A DNA stretch of 59,437 nt, counting the filler, from Sphacelaria rigidula (lineage: Eukaryota): the NCBI GenBank assembly GCA_964200075.2. It is 7 parts of 7 records of this genome, joined end to end, with 100 filler letters (N's around TTAATTAATTAA, not from the genome) between each part and the next. Parts side by side here need not be neighbours in the genome. Positions count along the whole stretch, not along the records: positions 17,013 to 25,417 come from CAXNAA020011255.1; positions 25,518 to 33,922 come from CAXNAA020011256.1; positions 34,023 to 42,427 come from CAXNAA020011257.1; 4 more parts are not named here. The stretch is one strand, 5' to 3'. How positions within the stretch are numbered: position 1 is the stretch's first letter; each line of letters begins with the position of its first letter. A program made the position numbers and the translations under genes. Below the pieces are notes generated by a model, which was not told the DNA's origin, made no database searches, and saw nothing but the letters and a program-made list of their open reading frames with translations. This document shows positions 25,101 to 38,375 of the stretch, piece by piece.

Positions 25101-25761
25101 GTGCATGATGGACAAGTCTCGCCGTCGACTCGAAACGAACTCTGTGGTCCTCACTAGACATGAACGAAAACGCATCCTACCTCACTCGATTTGACCATGT
25201 AGCGTCTTACCTCGAGAACGGAGTAGGCGTGGGTGGAGACCAGCCCCACATTACGCAAGTCTCTGAGAGGGACGGGGAAACAAGATAATCACGAGTTGAG
25301 GTGGAAATCTCAGAGGCGGCTCATAAGAGATGATGGAGGTAGGAGCTTAGCATATCATTCATGTGGTGTATAGCCTCTGCCAGACGATCTGGACAAGAGG
25401 GCTATTCAGTGAGGGACNNNNNNNNNNNNNNNNNNNNNNNNNNNNNNNNNNNNNNNNNNNNTTAATTAATTAANNNNNNNNNNNNNNNNNNNNNNNNNNN
25501 NNNNNNNNNNNNNNNNNGTACGGGGGAGAGACGGGTTGATCCCTTGAAACCACGGACTCGTCCCGAGGAAGGAGAGGGGTTCAAAGTGCGACAAAAAAAA
25601 AAACAGTAATACGCCCCAGGCGGGTGGGTGCTTTGGCCCAAGGAGGGTGTTTCACCAAATCGACGCCCCGGAGCGAAGACACATCCCTATCCTGCACCAC
25701 CGCGCCTCCTCACCGTCGTGTCGCGTTGCGTTGCCTGTTTACTTTCTCGTTCTCCCTCCAG

Positions 25762-28700
25762 GAGATGAGAGCTACGGTGGATTCTTTGATGGCGCAAGGC
25801 AAGCTCCTGGTGGTGGATCACGGAATACTCGAGGTGATCTTCAAGTCGGAGTTTAGGGTGGTAGTCACCGCACTTCACTGTTGGGTACGTCAGTAGTACG
25901 TCAGTGGTACGTGCACGTGCGCTGATCCGCGCCTCCTGCGGTATCCTCGAGAATGTGTCAACTCACTGATGACAAGCAGCTCTTTCCACACTCTTTGAAA
26001 ACCAAGTAGTGACCCTACGATAGAGGAGGTGGGGGGGTACTCATTTGGTGTTTGTCTTGGTCGTTTAACCATTGACCACGCTTCCCTTTCGAGACGCCGC
26101 GCCGTACCTAGTCAAAATAAAGTCACCTCCAATATTTTGGCGCTCATTACGCTGTTTTATACATGACACCAAACCATTTACATATCGTATCCTCTCCCTG
26201 TTTCGCCGTCCGTGGCCACCATCTATCTCCCAGTATAGCGATCACTTTCTCGCTGCTGTGTAATGTACCAAACGATTGCATACAACCTTCGTTTACCCCC
26301 CATATTCCCCCCTCTAACACGTCCCGTTCCTCCTTGTAAAGTTCACGTTGTCCCAATATACGAGTCTTACCCGTTATTGCTTCGTCACAGGGGCAATTCT
26401 GTGCATGTAATTGCTCCTCCACCCGACTACTGGTATACCACGTTTCTGGCAGGTACACGTCTCCCACCCGAAATTGCGCCTTCAACTTCTGTATTTCCGT
26501 AGTCCATTGGGCCGTGCATATCTATTTTGATTCATATCTCCTCTCTCCAACCCCCGTGTATCTTCAGGTTCTTTACCTCGTCTACTTTCCGTCTTAGCAC
26601 TTGTTTTCCCCTGTCTTTTACTTTAACCGTGTACCCTCCATATTGGCCTATGGACATTATCTCGTCTTGGTTTCCTCCATTGCCCTTCCATGCTTTCTTC
26701 ACGACGCTATTTCATTTTATTCCAGCTTGCCCTATCACCCATGGCTGGTACTCTCCTCTCTTCCTTCGCATGCTCCTTACGTTATAGTGCCATGTCGACA
26801 CTCCCATGTCTATTAGTTTGAAGCGGGTGCATTCCCAATTCTGCTCTCAATACTGTATTACTCGTCGGTTTTGAGCATCCAAGTATTTTTTTTTTCAGTT
26901 GTTGCCATCTGTACTGTTTCCAGCTGCTTCGTCAACTCCGCGTTCCCTTCCCATACTTCTCATGCATATTTCATCTTCGGTTCAATAACATTAATCGGAG
27001 TTCATCTGCTTTCCCCGCTTCCAGTTGAGCTCTAACGGGTTCTCCTTATCTTCGTAACATGCAAATACCGCGTATTTTTTTACCTTCGCTGCCACTCTCC
27101 ATTTCCTAGTGCATTCTAGCGCCTTCTCCATGCATTCTTCTGGTTGTCTGATATCCCCACAAAATCGTCCGCAAGCATCAATCCCGATACCGTATCTTCC
27201 CCCACCTCAACTCGTTGCTTTGCTGATTCTTTTGCTATTATCGGGTCATGAAACTATACCTTGAATAAAGTGGGCCGTAGCGTACATCTTTGTGCAACTC
27301 TTTGTCCAGTATCAAAATATTTCGATATTTCCCCATAGCATCATAGCACCTCTCGTACATTCTGTCATCTATTTCACCATTTTCCACATATTTCCTCTGA
27401 TTCTACTTTCCTACATTTTCCCCACGGCCCATCCCTCCATACTGTACCATGGATCTTCAGTACGTGTAGAAAGAAACTGTACGTTCTCAACCCGGCGTTT
27501 TTTCTACCTTGAAAAATATCAACTAATGTGTTTTTATTACAATTATTGTTATTTCCGCACATTAGTCCGATCTCGCGAACCCGTGGTGACAGACGTACAC
27601 ATGGCTTACGCAGCTACAGCATGGTGAGACACTCATGGGGCAGTGTGTCAGTCGTGGCTGTCTCTGGGAGTGGTGATACCAGAAAAAGAAGCAAATCGTT
27701 GTAGGCTCCCGTTCATTCGCAAGGTAATCAGTACACTTTGGGCCGAACAAATCTAAGCAGGATGCAGCTCACCCTCCATGCGACTGGCCGAATACACCAC
27801 GGCGCTCCCCGCTGGGTGATTGATTGCGAGCCTGTTCTGGCGGAACCCCGGCGTGCTCCATCTCTGTTTTGTCGGGATGCGAGTTCGATGGGCTGATGAC
27901 TACGGCACGCAAGATCATCAGTAAGTACACCCCACGATAGAGGGAGGGGGGTGTCTGATTTCACGAAAACGAGGGGCTCATACCTGTGAGGTCCACACGC
28001 TCGTGTTGCGCTTTTATGGGTGAGATGAGGACGGTGTCAAATAGTATGCATTAACGTGTGTTATTGGTACCAAGCGCGTTAAAACAATACTTTCTGCTTT
28101 CAAAGACGATTTGCAGTGACGTTTTCGTATGGGAAATTGCCCCCTGCCCCCCCACCCCCCCCTATCATGAGCTGATGAGACACCCATGACGCAGTGTGTA
28201 ACCCGTGGCTGTCTCTGGATGTGATTATACCAAAAAATGAAGCAACTCAATGGAGGTTGTCATCCAAATGCAAGATATTCCGTGCGCTTTGGGCCAAACA
28301 ATCTTAGGAGGATGCAGCTCACCCTTCATGCGACTCGCCGAACACATCACGGCGATTTGTGCTTGGTGGTTGATTGCGAGCCTGGTCCGGCAAAAACCGG
28401 GCGTGCTCCCTCCCGGCTCTGTATCCATGAGGTTCATGGTCATATGACCATGGCATGCATTATCATGAGTACACCCCCTTTTCATAAGATGACACCAAGA
28501 TTATAAAGAGGCACGACACAAACAGCCGTCTTTCGGCGTACTGAATGTACACTCTATTCTAAACCTATTATAGTATGGCCTGCGAATTCCATTTTCTCTC
28601 AAAGCTTCCACGGTGAGGCCTCACTCTCGCAAATCAATCCGGGGTGACGAGTTACACTACCTGGTGGCTTCGCTCGAATATGTCGTGTGCGCATACGCCT

Positions 28701-31700
28701 GTAATTATTTCGTGTCTTGTACTCATTTTCGAACGAAGCCCCTTTGTTCGTGAGGCAGTGCCTTATTCTCTCGACTGAATCTTAGAAATGCCTGCATGTG
28801 TTTTGTCTTACCGTTGTTTTTCAGGACATGCACGGTTCACTTCTCGATGGTGTAGTAGAACGCTACCTTACTCCCAGCATCGCTCTTTTTGAGGTTGTGG
28901 ACGATGTTCTCCCCATCAAGCCCATAGGAATTCAGGTGAGCAGTAAACGCTTCGAAGCGCGACGTTAGCTTGTACTTGGAGATCCCTTCTTTCATATGCA
29001 CGGATGTGGTGACGAAATGTTTCCCCGAGACGCTTAGGGGACGCAATATCTCTCGTAGCTGTTCATCTTTCGAGAGCATACACCCACTAGTCGCGATTTC
29101 CAACTTGGCGGGGACGCCGAGGCTTCTTCCTCAAATCAAGCTGCGGTTTGAGGCAAATGAGCATGCACTCGCCAGGCGTCAACCTACATTGCCTTGTGGT
29201 GTGTTTTACTTTTCGTACCATGTACCGCAAATATTATGTACCTAATGGAGACTTTCGGAAAACGCGTATTTGTCATTTCGGAGTACGAATATCTCAGGAT
29301 CAGAGTGTGAAAAAAAGGTATTCCCCCTCCGTCAAATGTTGTATCCCCTTGAATGTTTTCGATGAGGTGTGTTTTGGTATTCTGCATTCTGATCCTGAGA
29401 TGTGTGCACTCTGAAATGACCAAAAAGTGTTTTCCGATACTCTCCAAACTGGGACTATTACTCGCCGTGGAGGTTTGAGTAAAACCTGGTTTTCGAACAC
29501 TTAGTCGGAACTTCGTCAGATAAGTAATGGCCATCACAAGGGTTTGGGTTGTGCGGAGTAATCGTCGGTAGTGTGAAAAATATAAACGCACAAGTACTAC
29601 CGGGAAGAAACGTCGATTTTCCCTCACGCTGTTCAGTGATGGTGTAGTGGTGGTACAGTAGTGATGACTTCTCAAACCTACTCGGTAAAATGGTGGGGGA
29701 TCTGTTTTGAGTGAGCCATGTGTCCATGTTGTGGGGGGCGGGGGCGTGTTGAGGGCTCGCCAGGGTGTTTCACCCGCGCATTACTTCACTTCTCAATCCA
29801 CATGCTCTATGACTTGGTGAAGGGGTTACTGTAGTACACGAGTACATGGAGTGATGATCTAACACAAGGTATACTCTACTCCTGGTTTAGGGCATTGTAC
29901 TTCAGGTGCATACAGCCTTTCGCACTGTGGTGGTATTCGCTCTTCGCATTGGTATCTCAGCTCTGAGCACTGTCCTAGTGTACCTGAAGTCATCTACTCT
30001 GTGCGGTGAAATCCACGCCGAGTGTACTCGAGCTCGTGATTTCCAACACTTTATTGACCATTGGATCTATCGGCTGTAGAGCTCTAGTACCTTTACTGAT
30101 CCACCGGGGATCCAGCGGTCGTCATCATCCACACAATGGACGTACCCCAGATAAGGAAGCAAAACAAAGCGGAAACACTCGCTGAAGAGGAGAGAAGGGA
30201 AGAGAAAAGGTACATCAGGAAGGTACAACATACAGAGTAGACTAAAGAGAGGAAAAAGCAGGTAACAACACAGAACACAGGCAACAAGAAAACAAACTAG
30301 AAATTGCCGACCTCTGTAACATGGCGCCGGCGGAACAGGTCTAGCGCAAAACTCATAGAGTATTCATACCCAATAATTCGTGGATAACAGGACGTCATGG
30401 TAACATGTTGCAGCTCAGTTATTTCGACCTCACTACTTCGGGTATGAAGCTCTCATCCATGAACCCTACGGAAGCGAGGTACCAAACTTTTCCCGGTACT
30501 GACGAATTATTGCTGGCTCGAATCACCAAATCCACGATTTCTCGGACCTGATTGTTCGAAAGAGAGGAAAAAGTCGACCGTTGGTCAACCAGGTCTCCAC
30601 GCAACGTTTGCACTACGTGCCTGGCTGCGCGTACCTGAGTTGCAACGCTGAAAACAAAGCTTGAGGATTGATTCGTACGGCACGAATCAATTACACTAAA
30701 ACTAAGTAATTCCCGGACGAATCATGAATTCGTCCGATCGTTGAACTTTATTTGCGCACACCGGGAAATAAGGACACACACATAGGAAGATATGGGGAAA
30801 GGAAGACTTGGGCACAGCAGGAGACTACAAGAGTGATGAAACCCAAGGGACACGGTACGGTACACCAGGTACAAACACACACCAGGGAGCACCACAAAAC
30901 CACCTATTAAGGGTACAATCAACACCCGATAGGAAACAAAAGAGGGTACATCAGTGCCGTGTTAGCCCAGCTTTCGCATTAAGCCCCAGTCGGGTACAAA
31001 TCGGATCATTCTCTCGGCCATTTTCATTACGGATTCCTTGCGAACTGTTCCTGTTGTTGCTACTGTATTATTTCGGAGAGCGGCAGGTAAGCCAAAAGGA
31101 AGCGTCACCTATATTTACCCCAGAGGACGGCTACAACTGGATGATCGCTAAGGCTTGCTTTGAGTCCGCCGATGTCACGTGAGTACCCACCATCGAACCT
31201 GGAGTTTCTTAGGTGCGCTTGACACGTTTGCTTTAAAGTGCACCTATCCACAACTCCCAACGTCGACTCGCTAGGACCAAAGGTCTCTCACTAAAGTTGT
31301 TCTTTTCGAAGCCTAGCCATAAGCATTTGTTAAACCTGAACCATCAAGCGCCCGTTGCTATAACACACGCTTACGGGAACTCGTATTAATCAAAACTGAG
31401 TAAGCTGGGTTTAGAGGGTATGTTGCGAGGACTCCGAACGATCGTGAGTGTTCCGTGGGTGAGTAGATCCGGGTTCAGAGGGTACGATACGAGAACTCCG
31501 GATATAACCGCGGTCGTGAGCATTTCGTGGGCTTGTTTGTCGTTTCCTCTTTTCCCGGTGTTAAAGAACGGCTCATCCCATGGTGCACGTGAGGTCGAGC
31601 GTACGTCGCCTCGTGAAGGGTTACAGGATAAAGAGCACTATTCCTACGTTAATCGAACGGGGATTGCCGTTGAATCGTCCCGTCGTCATCAACCGTCTGC

Positions 31701-31903
31701 GCGTTCTCGTTTGCTTCGATATTTGATTTTTTCACCGTGAAACCAGAATATTCGAAGTTGTGAGCCATCTTGGCTTCTGCCATTTCGTAATGGAAGGCCT
31801 CTTTGTAGCCATGAAGCGACAGTTACCCAAGGCGCACCCTATCCACATGCTCCTCGAGCCTCACCTTGAAGGAACGGCCTTCATCAACTGGTCCGCACAA
31901 GAG
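25762..31903 (+). CDS. LOX: Lipoxygenase, internal exons (partial at both ends)
   Basis: GT-AG exons 25762-25833 (EMRATVDSLMAQGKLLVVDHGILE), 28825-28935 (DMHGSLLDGVVERYLTPSIALFEVVDDVLPIKPIGIQ), 31087-31178 (VSQKEASPIFTPEDGYNWMIAKACFESADV) and 31747-31903 (TIFEVVSHLGFCHFVMEGLFVAMKRQLPKAHPIHMLLEPHLEGTAFINWSAQE). Contains the LOX W..AK motif and the iron-binding His cluster; phases are compatible. Confidence 0.92.
26100..27520 (-). mobile_element. Degenerate LINE reverse transcriptase (a second family), in a LOX intron
   Basis: Frameshifted RT motifs: GLRTYSFFL; TVWRDG; ISKYFDTGQRVAQRCTL.PTLFKV; VSGLMLADDFVGIS; C-terminal SSEKVIAILGDRWWP. Confidence 0.8.
27621..27933 (+). repeat. ~310-bp dispersed repeat family (SINE/MITE-like) ending in ...GATCATGAGTACACCCC; copies at 28173-28478 (+), 40733-41048 (+), 43290-43590 (-), partial at 5447-5488 and 42528-42596
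   Basis: Shared core GGATGCAGCTCAC.CT.CATGCGACT.GCCGA..ACA.CACGGCG and a common 3' end. Confidence 0.88.
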
Positions 31904-34139
31904 GTAAGGCTGCTGTACTAAATAAAATAAGTTTTGATGGATTTCATGTTGTGGTATTTTGACATTTTGCTTGGAATTCCTCTTTTTTACTCCTAGTTTA
32001 TCATGAACTGAAGTAGAGCGCAGCGACTTCAACGAACCGCAATGATGTCATTCAGCCTGTCGTCCGCATAACAATGAAAAAGCAGAGATGGACGACCCAA
32101 AGAAAATGGACGACCTCCAGTCGTGACCAGCCCTCCAGTTGTAGGAAAGGGATTGATGGATAATAGCCGAAGGGATGGAGGTACCTCGAGGCTGATGAAA
32201 CTGCTTAGTATCCACGGCCGTGCTTTGGTAACTATGGCGTGTAGGCCGACCTTCTGAAGCAGGTATTTTGTAAGGCAACGTATTTCCCTGGTCATCGCCC
32301 TGCTGGTCCTTTTCACGGCGCCTAACCCTTTCGATATTGGGACAGTCGAACGACCAACACGGAGCTTCCCTGGTCGGTCGCTGCTGGAAGATCTCGTGTG
32401 CCATCTAAGATCAACTACGCATTTGATTCAAATCTTACGGTTAGTGCGGGTAATGTGTCACAAAGCAATTTTAATCCCTGAAAAACTGATGCAGTGCGGG
32501 ATCGCTGGCCAGTCTACTTGTAAGTTGCGCAATGTGGAGGCCACGGACGGCAGTCTATAGGCCCACCTGTCCTGTATTTTGTTTTGTATAGTGTATCGTA
32601 GCTGTTGTTCCAGCTTCCCCCCCCCCCAAGAGTATAGTGGTGTAGGGCTCATGCCCCAATAATGTTTTGAACACCTGCGTTGTTGAGACTTGGCTTTTTT
32701 ACCCTTGAGTAATCGCTCCTTTGTCTGAATGATCGCCTTGTGCCGCGCAGAGCCTTCTCATCCCCAATGGGGGTGTGGACCGTATGTTTTCCATTGCAAT
32801 CGAAGACGCTTGGAGCTTAGCCCTCAGTGCCACTCTGGAACGCATCTCGAAAGACTTTTCTCCCCCTGAAGACTTCAAGGTGGGCCATTCAACCCCTGTT
32901 ATTCACATTAACCCCTCTATTAAGACTCGCGGTGGAAGATATAAGACACCGCGGCGGACACGGCACTCGCGTTATTTTCCCCTCCTGTGTGGCGAGTTTG
33001 GCTTCCGATTTGAAATGCAGGAAAAGTCTCGTTCCGCAAACGCAACACGAACTGACTGAACTCTAAGGAGAGCAGTTCAGTGGTCGCGCTGCGATGGTGA
33101 AGCTGGCACATCATCGACCAATGTGGGTGAAAAAGCTGGTTAGATTACCAAGAATAGTAGTTTTCATTTCAGGTATTGGTTTTTGTCGTGGAAGTTGCGA
33201 GAACGCGAGTTGACGAATAGTCAACGAGGACGGTCGAGGGACTTTAGGACGGCGGATCCGATGCTCGTCGAGAATAGTTTGTCAACCAAGCTCCGACGGC
33301 GAGTAAGACTGGGCCGTCGTGCGTCTCGACGTTTTCACTTTTTGTTTTGGTCATTTAATGCTGCTGCCCAACACAAGCTGAATTGACGTGATACTCCTTT
33401 CCGTTTTTGGTTTTGGTCTTCCATGTTTTGGACCGATGGCGGGAGTTAGGTGAAAAATTGAACAAGCGACAACCCTCGGATCGTGAGACGATTGCAATCA
33501 ACCGGCATTACTGTGTATCGCTGACAGAGCTTTTTGTCGTAGGAACCAACGCTGGGGGAGTATTCAATATTGGCCATTCACACCAATATTCAAAGACGGG
33601 TTCATCCATTGATCCCAACCCAAACCGTCGTTCCTAACCCTAACTCCAAAGACAAGAAACGAATACCACCGAAAGCGACAGGTGTATGTTCGAATTCAAT
33701 CGAGAGTATTGGAAATATAACAGGGGATTCTATTAAATGAGATTGATCAATGAGATGAGGTCTGAGGGGGCTAGCCAGTATGCGACAAAAACCTGAGGGA
33801 AGTACCGTCCGCAAGTGCCTTCGATCATTTTCGGGGGGGGGGGAGGGGGCGTACTCAATTGTTGCCCGTCTTAGTCGTTTGACTGTTGACGCTTAGAAAA
33901 GGGGCGTGGACAATGGCTAAACNNNNNNNNNNNNNNNNNNNNNNNNNNNNNNNNNNNNNNNNNNNNTTAATTAATTAANNNNNNNNNNNNNNNNNNNNNN
34001 NNNNNNNNNNNNNNNNNNNNNNGCGAGGGACAGCCATACGTACAAGCATACCAAGTGTATCAAGACAAGCACTGCATGACATAACGACACCCCTCATCGG
34101 GGGGGTTCACCCCCCCCCCCCTTCTCTGGACCGTCGTCA

Positions 34140-34722
34140 TTGCCGTGTTATTTGGGCTCGTTGGTCTCTTACCCAATCGCACGCAGTCGGCTGGCCTCCT
34201 CTTCATTTCAGTGTCATGAGGTCATGAACCTCTCCACTCCCTGCAGCACTCCCGCGTGCCACGGCAACCCCCCCTCCTCATTCGCTGCTGAGGGCGATAG
34301 GACGCGGTCAATTCCGAGTGTCTGGCGGTTGTCGTCCGTAGAGCCGTCTGTGGCTTCGAAAGCGTGAAGATCGTCTTTCAGGCACTTCAGCCAGTTTTGT
34401 TCCGGGCACCCTGGTCCTGGACCCTCCCCCCCGACTAGTTTCCCGAATGCTATTCGCTTCGGTAGTCGTCCGTCCGGCTGTCTAGCCAGGGCTCCCGCGA
34501 GCAGCAGTCGTCGTTGCTGGACGATGGCTCCGGCACTTCGGCATCCGGTCTTCTCGAGAGCCTGTGCATATGACAGCTGTCGGTATGTGCCGCGCACTCG
34601 GCGGTACCCGATGACTCGCAGGAGGAGCCGGTAGTGCACCTTTCTCAGCAAGCCGGAGTGTTCACGGCGCGGGGCCTACGTCATGCATCCGTATAGGAGG
34701 GCCTCCATCGCCTCCGCTTTCA
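34140..34722 (-). mobile_element. RTE-like LINE C-terminal fragment
   Basis: MEALLYGCMT*...LRKVHYRLLLRVIGYRR...LSYAQALEKTGC...RLPKRIAFG, homologous to 1536-1900. Confidence 0.85.
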
Positions 34723-36718
34723 GCAAGTAGTCATTCCTATTAACCACCGTGTACGAACATCTTTAGGTCTACTGATCTCAAAAGCTTTTGAAGTCAACCA
34801 TGTGTGCTTCCAGGAGATTTGTAGTACGACCAAGTATGTCATATCTCGGTCAAAGCGAAGAAAGAGGGGTTGTGTGCTTCCAGGAGGGGTTGTCTGCGCA
34901 ATGAAAAAACAGCGTCGTCCACTTGTGATGGTTTTTGTGATGCAGTTGTGGGTGTTCGTTTGTTTCATCTTGGTATGTACTCTGCATGGACTTCTTAGTT
35001 TAACCCTTTGACCGCAAGGGTGGATCACCTGCTGAATCGGCATCAATTGCACTTGAAAGAAGTATGCGTGATCCAGACGGACTACTCGCGTCGCGGTCCA
35101 AGGGTTGAGAGTGTTTCAAAGGTGCCTGTGATGGGAAAAGAGTAAGGTCTTCGGGTGTTTGACATTTCCAGAGTATTATCAGTACTCAATACTGCGGGAC
35201 ACCTGCAGTACCGACTCTCCGAAATGCTGCGTACTTCAGAGTACCTGGAGTAAGTACCCCATTGTCGAAATACAGAGTAGTGCGAAGTACCTTGAACATC
35301 TGTGCGCTTGATTGAAATTTGACTGCTGAGTGCAGTTTATCGAAAGGCACCATAGAATGGGCCGAAGAGAAAGAGCAGATACAGTACTGGCTAGTAGTTT
35401 AAATCTGGGTATGCATCTGCCTTGCGTTCCTCTACACTTGGTGAAGGTTCTGGGCGGCTGGTTGAGGTCTCGATTGTGCGTTCGACCAATATGATATTCT
35501 CGGTAGACTCAAACCGCAACAACGGAATCGAAAAGCAATTCGATTTCGTTCTTTGTTCTAGTTGGCGCACGTTCTAAGTATGGGCAATGCATTAGCAAAA
35601 TTCCGGTGAAACGTATCAGTACAGTACCGTAGGTTGCAGAGTATATCACAGGTACGGCGTGTACTATATACGCCCTTCCGTCACACTCTCGGTTATTTTG
35701 GCACCAGACCGGTCACCAATGAAAGTGTGTCGTATACCCCCCCCCTCCCCCCCCCTTCCTTCCACAATCATTGCAGTTAATATAGTTCGTCAAAGAAGCG
35801 CAACCGATATATCCAGATCCACGTTCGTGAAAGTAGGATTTTGTTTATTTTCTTTAGATGAGGCTTTCAACGCCAGTATGTCCTAGCAACATGAAAGGAT
35901 CGACCAAATACATATCTGACCCCACTATAAAGACAGTTCGACTACCATAAAACATCACCACCAATTAAGGGCCAGTCATTGTAAACGACACTGTCAAAAT
36001 CAGTGTGCGAGCAGAAAAAATAGCCATGACGGGACGTGCGCTGTTCCACTGCTTGGTCGTTATCAAAACAGTCAACACACACACTATTATACCAAAGGGA
36101 CAAATACTTCCTCGTACCCTGTTGTCTGTTTCATTGCATTATGCAATGTGCTATGTATACCATCAGCTGCCCTCCGACAATGTGCAGCATCGAATTTGGC
36201 GTTTGAATAAACCCTCCAAGGGCAGACGAATTGGGTAGAGGTGCGCAACGGGATAACTCAAGCGCCGCCCGTTATTTCACCTTGTACACGAAACGCTGTT
36301 GGAGTTGAGTCTCGCTTGAAGCACTGACTACTTCCTTTCCTGTGCAGCACGAAAGTGATACTCATACGGCCGTTGCGCGAAAATACCGTGGTGACCCCAA
36401 AAACACAGGATAGACTAGCGGCTGTTCTGTTGTGTTCCCTTCGAAGCACACGCAGGAAGAGGCAGCGGCTTTCTCTCTCGCTATTTGGGTTTTCAACACT
36501 GCAGGTGCTGTGTAGATAGCCACCGTAGTTTCCCCTGCACCTGATTGGGTAAACCTCGGTGCCTGAAGCGTAAGTTATGTCATAGTTTCACGGTTAAGAC
36601 GAATAATTACGACTCAAAATCACCAAATTCACGATTNNNNNNNNNNGAGAAAAAAGTTGACCGCTGGTCCAAGGGGTATGGATCCACGCAACTTTTGCGC
36701 CATTCCACGTGTCTGGGC

Positions 36719-36988
36719 TGCGTGTACCCGGGTTGCAACGCTGCAAACAAAGCCTAGGGATTCATTCGTACGATTCGAATCTATTACACTAAAAACAAGT
36801 AATTTATAGACAAATCATTACTTGTCCGACCCTTCAAGGGTCTGCACCGGTCATGCGTGTACCCGGGTTGCAACGCTGCAAACAAAGCCTAGGGATTCCT
36901 TCGTACGATTCGAATCTATTACACTAAAAACAAGTAATTTATAGACAAATCATTACTTGTCCGACCCTTCAAGGGTCTGCACCGGTCA
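36719..36988 (+). repeat. Tandem duplication, 2 x 135 bp with one mismatch, within a dispersed repeat also present at ~30570-30760
   Basis: Unit TGCGTGTACCCGGGTTGCAACGCTGCAAACAAAGCC...GGGTCTGCACCGGTCA starts at 36719 and again at 36854. Confidence 0.9.
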
Positions 36989-38375
36989 TCGGCGGAGCAA
37001 GGCATGGTCTGCAGAGTCCTCGTGCGATTATGTTGCTGAGAGCAAATCGTGGATACCTGTCAGACACATCATTCTTCCTATTTCTCAGCGGTTAGATGAC
37101 GGCAGGTCCCTTCCTGCTACTGTAAACAAGTGGTGAGTGTACATTTTTTTTCCTTTGCGACGTCTTCGAACAAGTGCACTCGTAGGACACTGCGGGAGGC
37201 AACTTTGCCCCTGGATAGAAGCTCACGGCGATGTGAGAACAACACTGTAGGGTGACAAAACTCATACTTCAGTGAGTAAGTGGCCCCTCGTAAAGCCGAC
37301 CTGGCGTCAAGTACCTGTCCCTAAAAATGTTGACGTCGTTAGTCGGCACATTTACCGGCATTGTAAAGCGATCGGTCCTATAGATCGTTGTTTTAAGGGG
37401 CCATCCAATGTACCTCAGACACTATCGACGAATGACGTCAATGGGTTTGGTCGGGGTAGTGTTTCGCGGTACACGTGAAAAAATATACACGAATCCACAT
37501 AAAAATAAGCATGAATCTGTCGTTCTTATCATGTTGACTCCTCCCACCGTCAGCTGCGCTGTACAGAAGAACTGAGCGCAGTAAGACTGAGGCTGATGAA
37601 TATCAGACCGACCGAGGCTGAATACCTGAGTGACCTTGTGTGTAGTTATTTTGGTCGGAGAAGTCGCGAGGATGATCCCAAGCTGCAGCATAGGAACATG
37701 CAGGCATGTTGGGAGTAAGTCCGCGACGCTATGCGCAAAAGCTATCCCACATTAGTGTGTATGGAGCACAGCAGGTTGAGACCGTAGCTTCATAAAATAA
37801 AATAAAAGCATAATTATTTTATCATCACCTTCCTGTAGGGTCGAGACATGAACGTGAGCGTGGGGCACCTGGCGCCGTAGATGGCCGTTGTATACCGTCA
37901 CCCATTCGTCACCTTTTTGCGGCATGTTTTTTTCTCGTAATTGTGGAGATCGCCATTTGGACATGTGCGGAAAGATTTCCTTTCATGACGTCTAACCTAG
38001 TGAACGACCGTTACAGGGGGTACTTTTCGCAGGAGCCTCGAAACTCCCATATCTGTACAGCCGGATCTGGGACCCCAAGATAACAGGGATCTTCCCAGCG
38101 AACTGCTGGCTATCCCTGGGGATCACTCTTAGACTTTCGACAACGTCTCCGGGCCAACTCGCTCGCGCTCGTCGAGCTTTCCCGAGTGATCCACTTGCCT
38201 CTACCCCACTACTTACGGTTAATACTTGACTACATAACCCAATTCCACTACTGACGGTCATTCCTTGATTACATAACCCGAGGAAAATCATCGGCTGCCT
38301 TCAACGATTCCTACCGTCACCGGGAGTCTCACGACTTCCACATAATTGTTGGTATGAAAAAGGATGAATAGTGCC

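Noticed and set aside
28837-29103. Minus-strand 88-aa ORF
   Set aside because: Overlaps a lipoxygenase exon on the opposite strand and has no recognisable motif.
32030-33400. Highly decayed retroelement-like sequence after the last LOX exon
   Set aside because: Only vague peptide resemblance; no motif I can support.
37015-37131. Upstream exon for the 41567-41792 terminal exon
   Set aside because: Splice sites and phase are compatible, but there is no homology or other evidence linking them.
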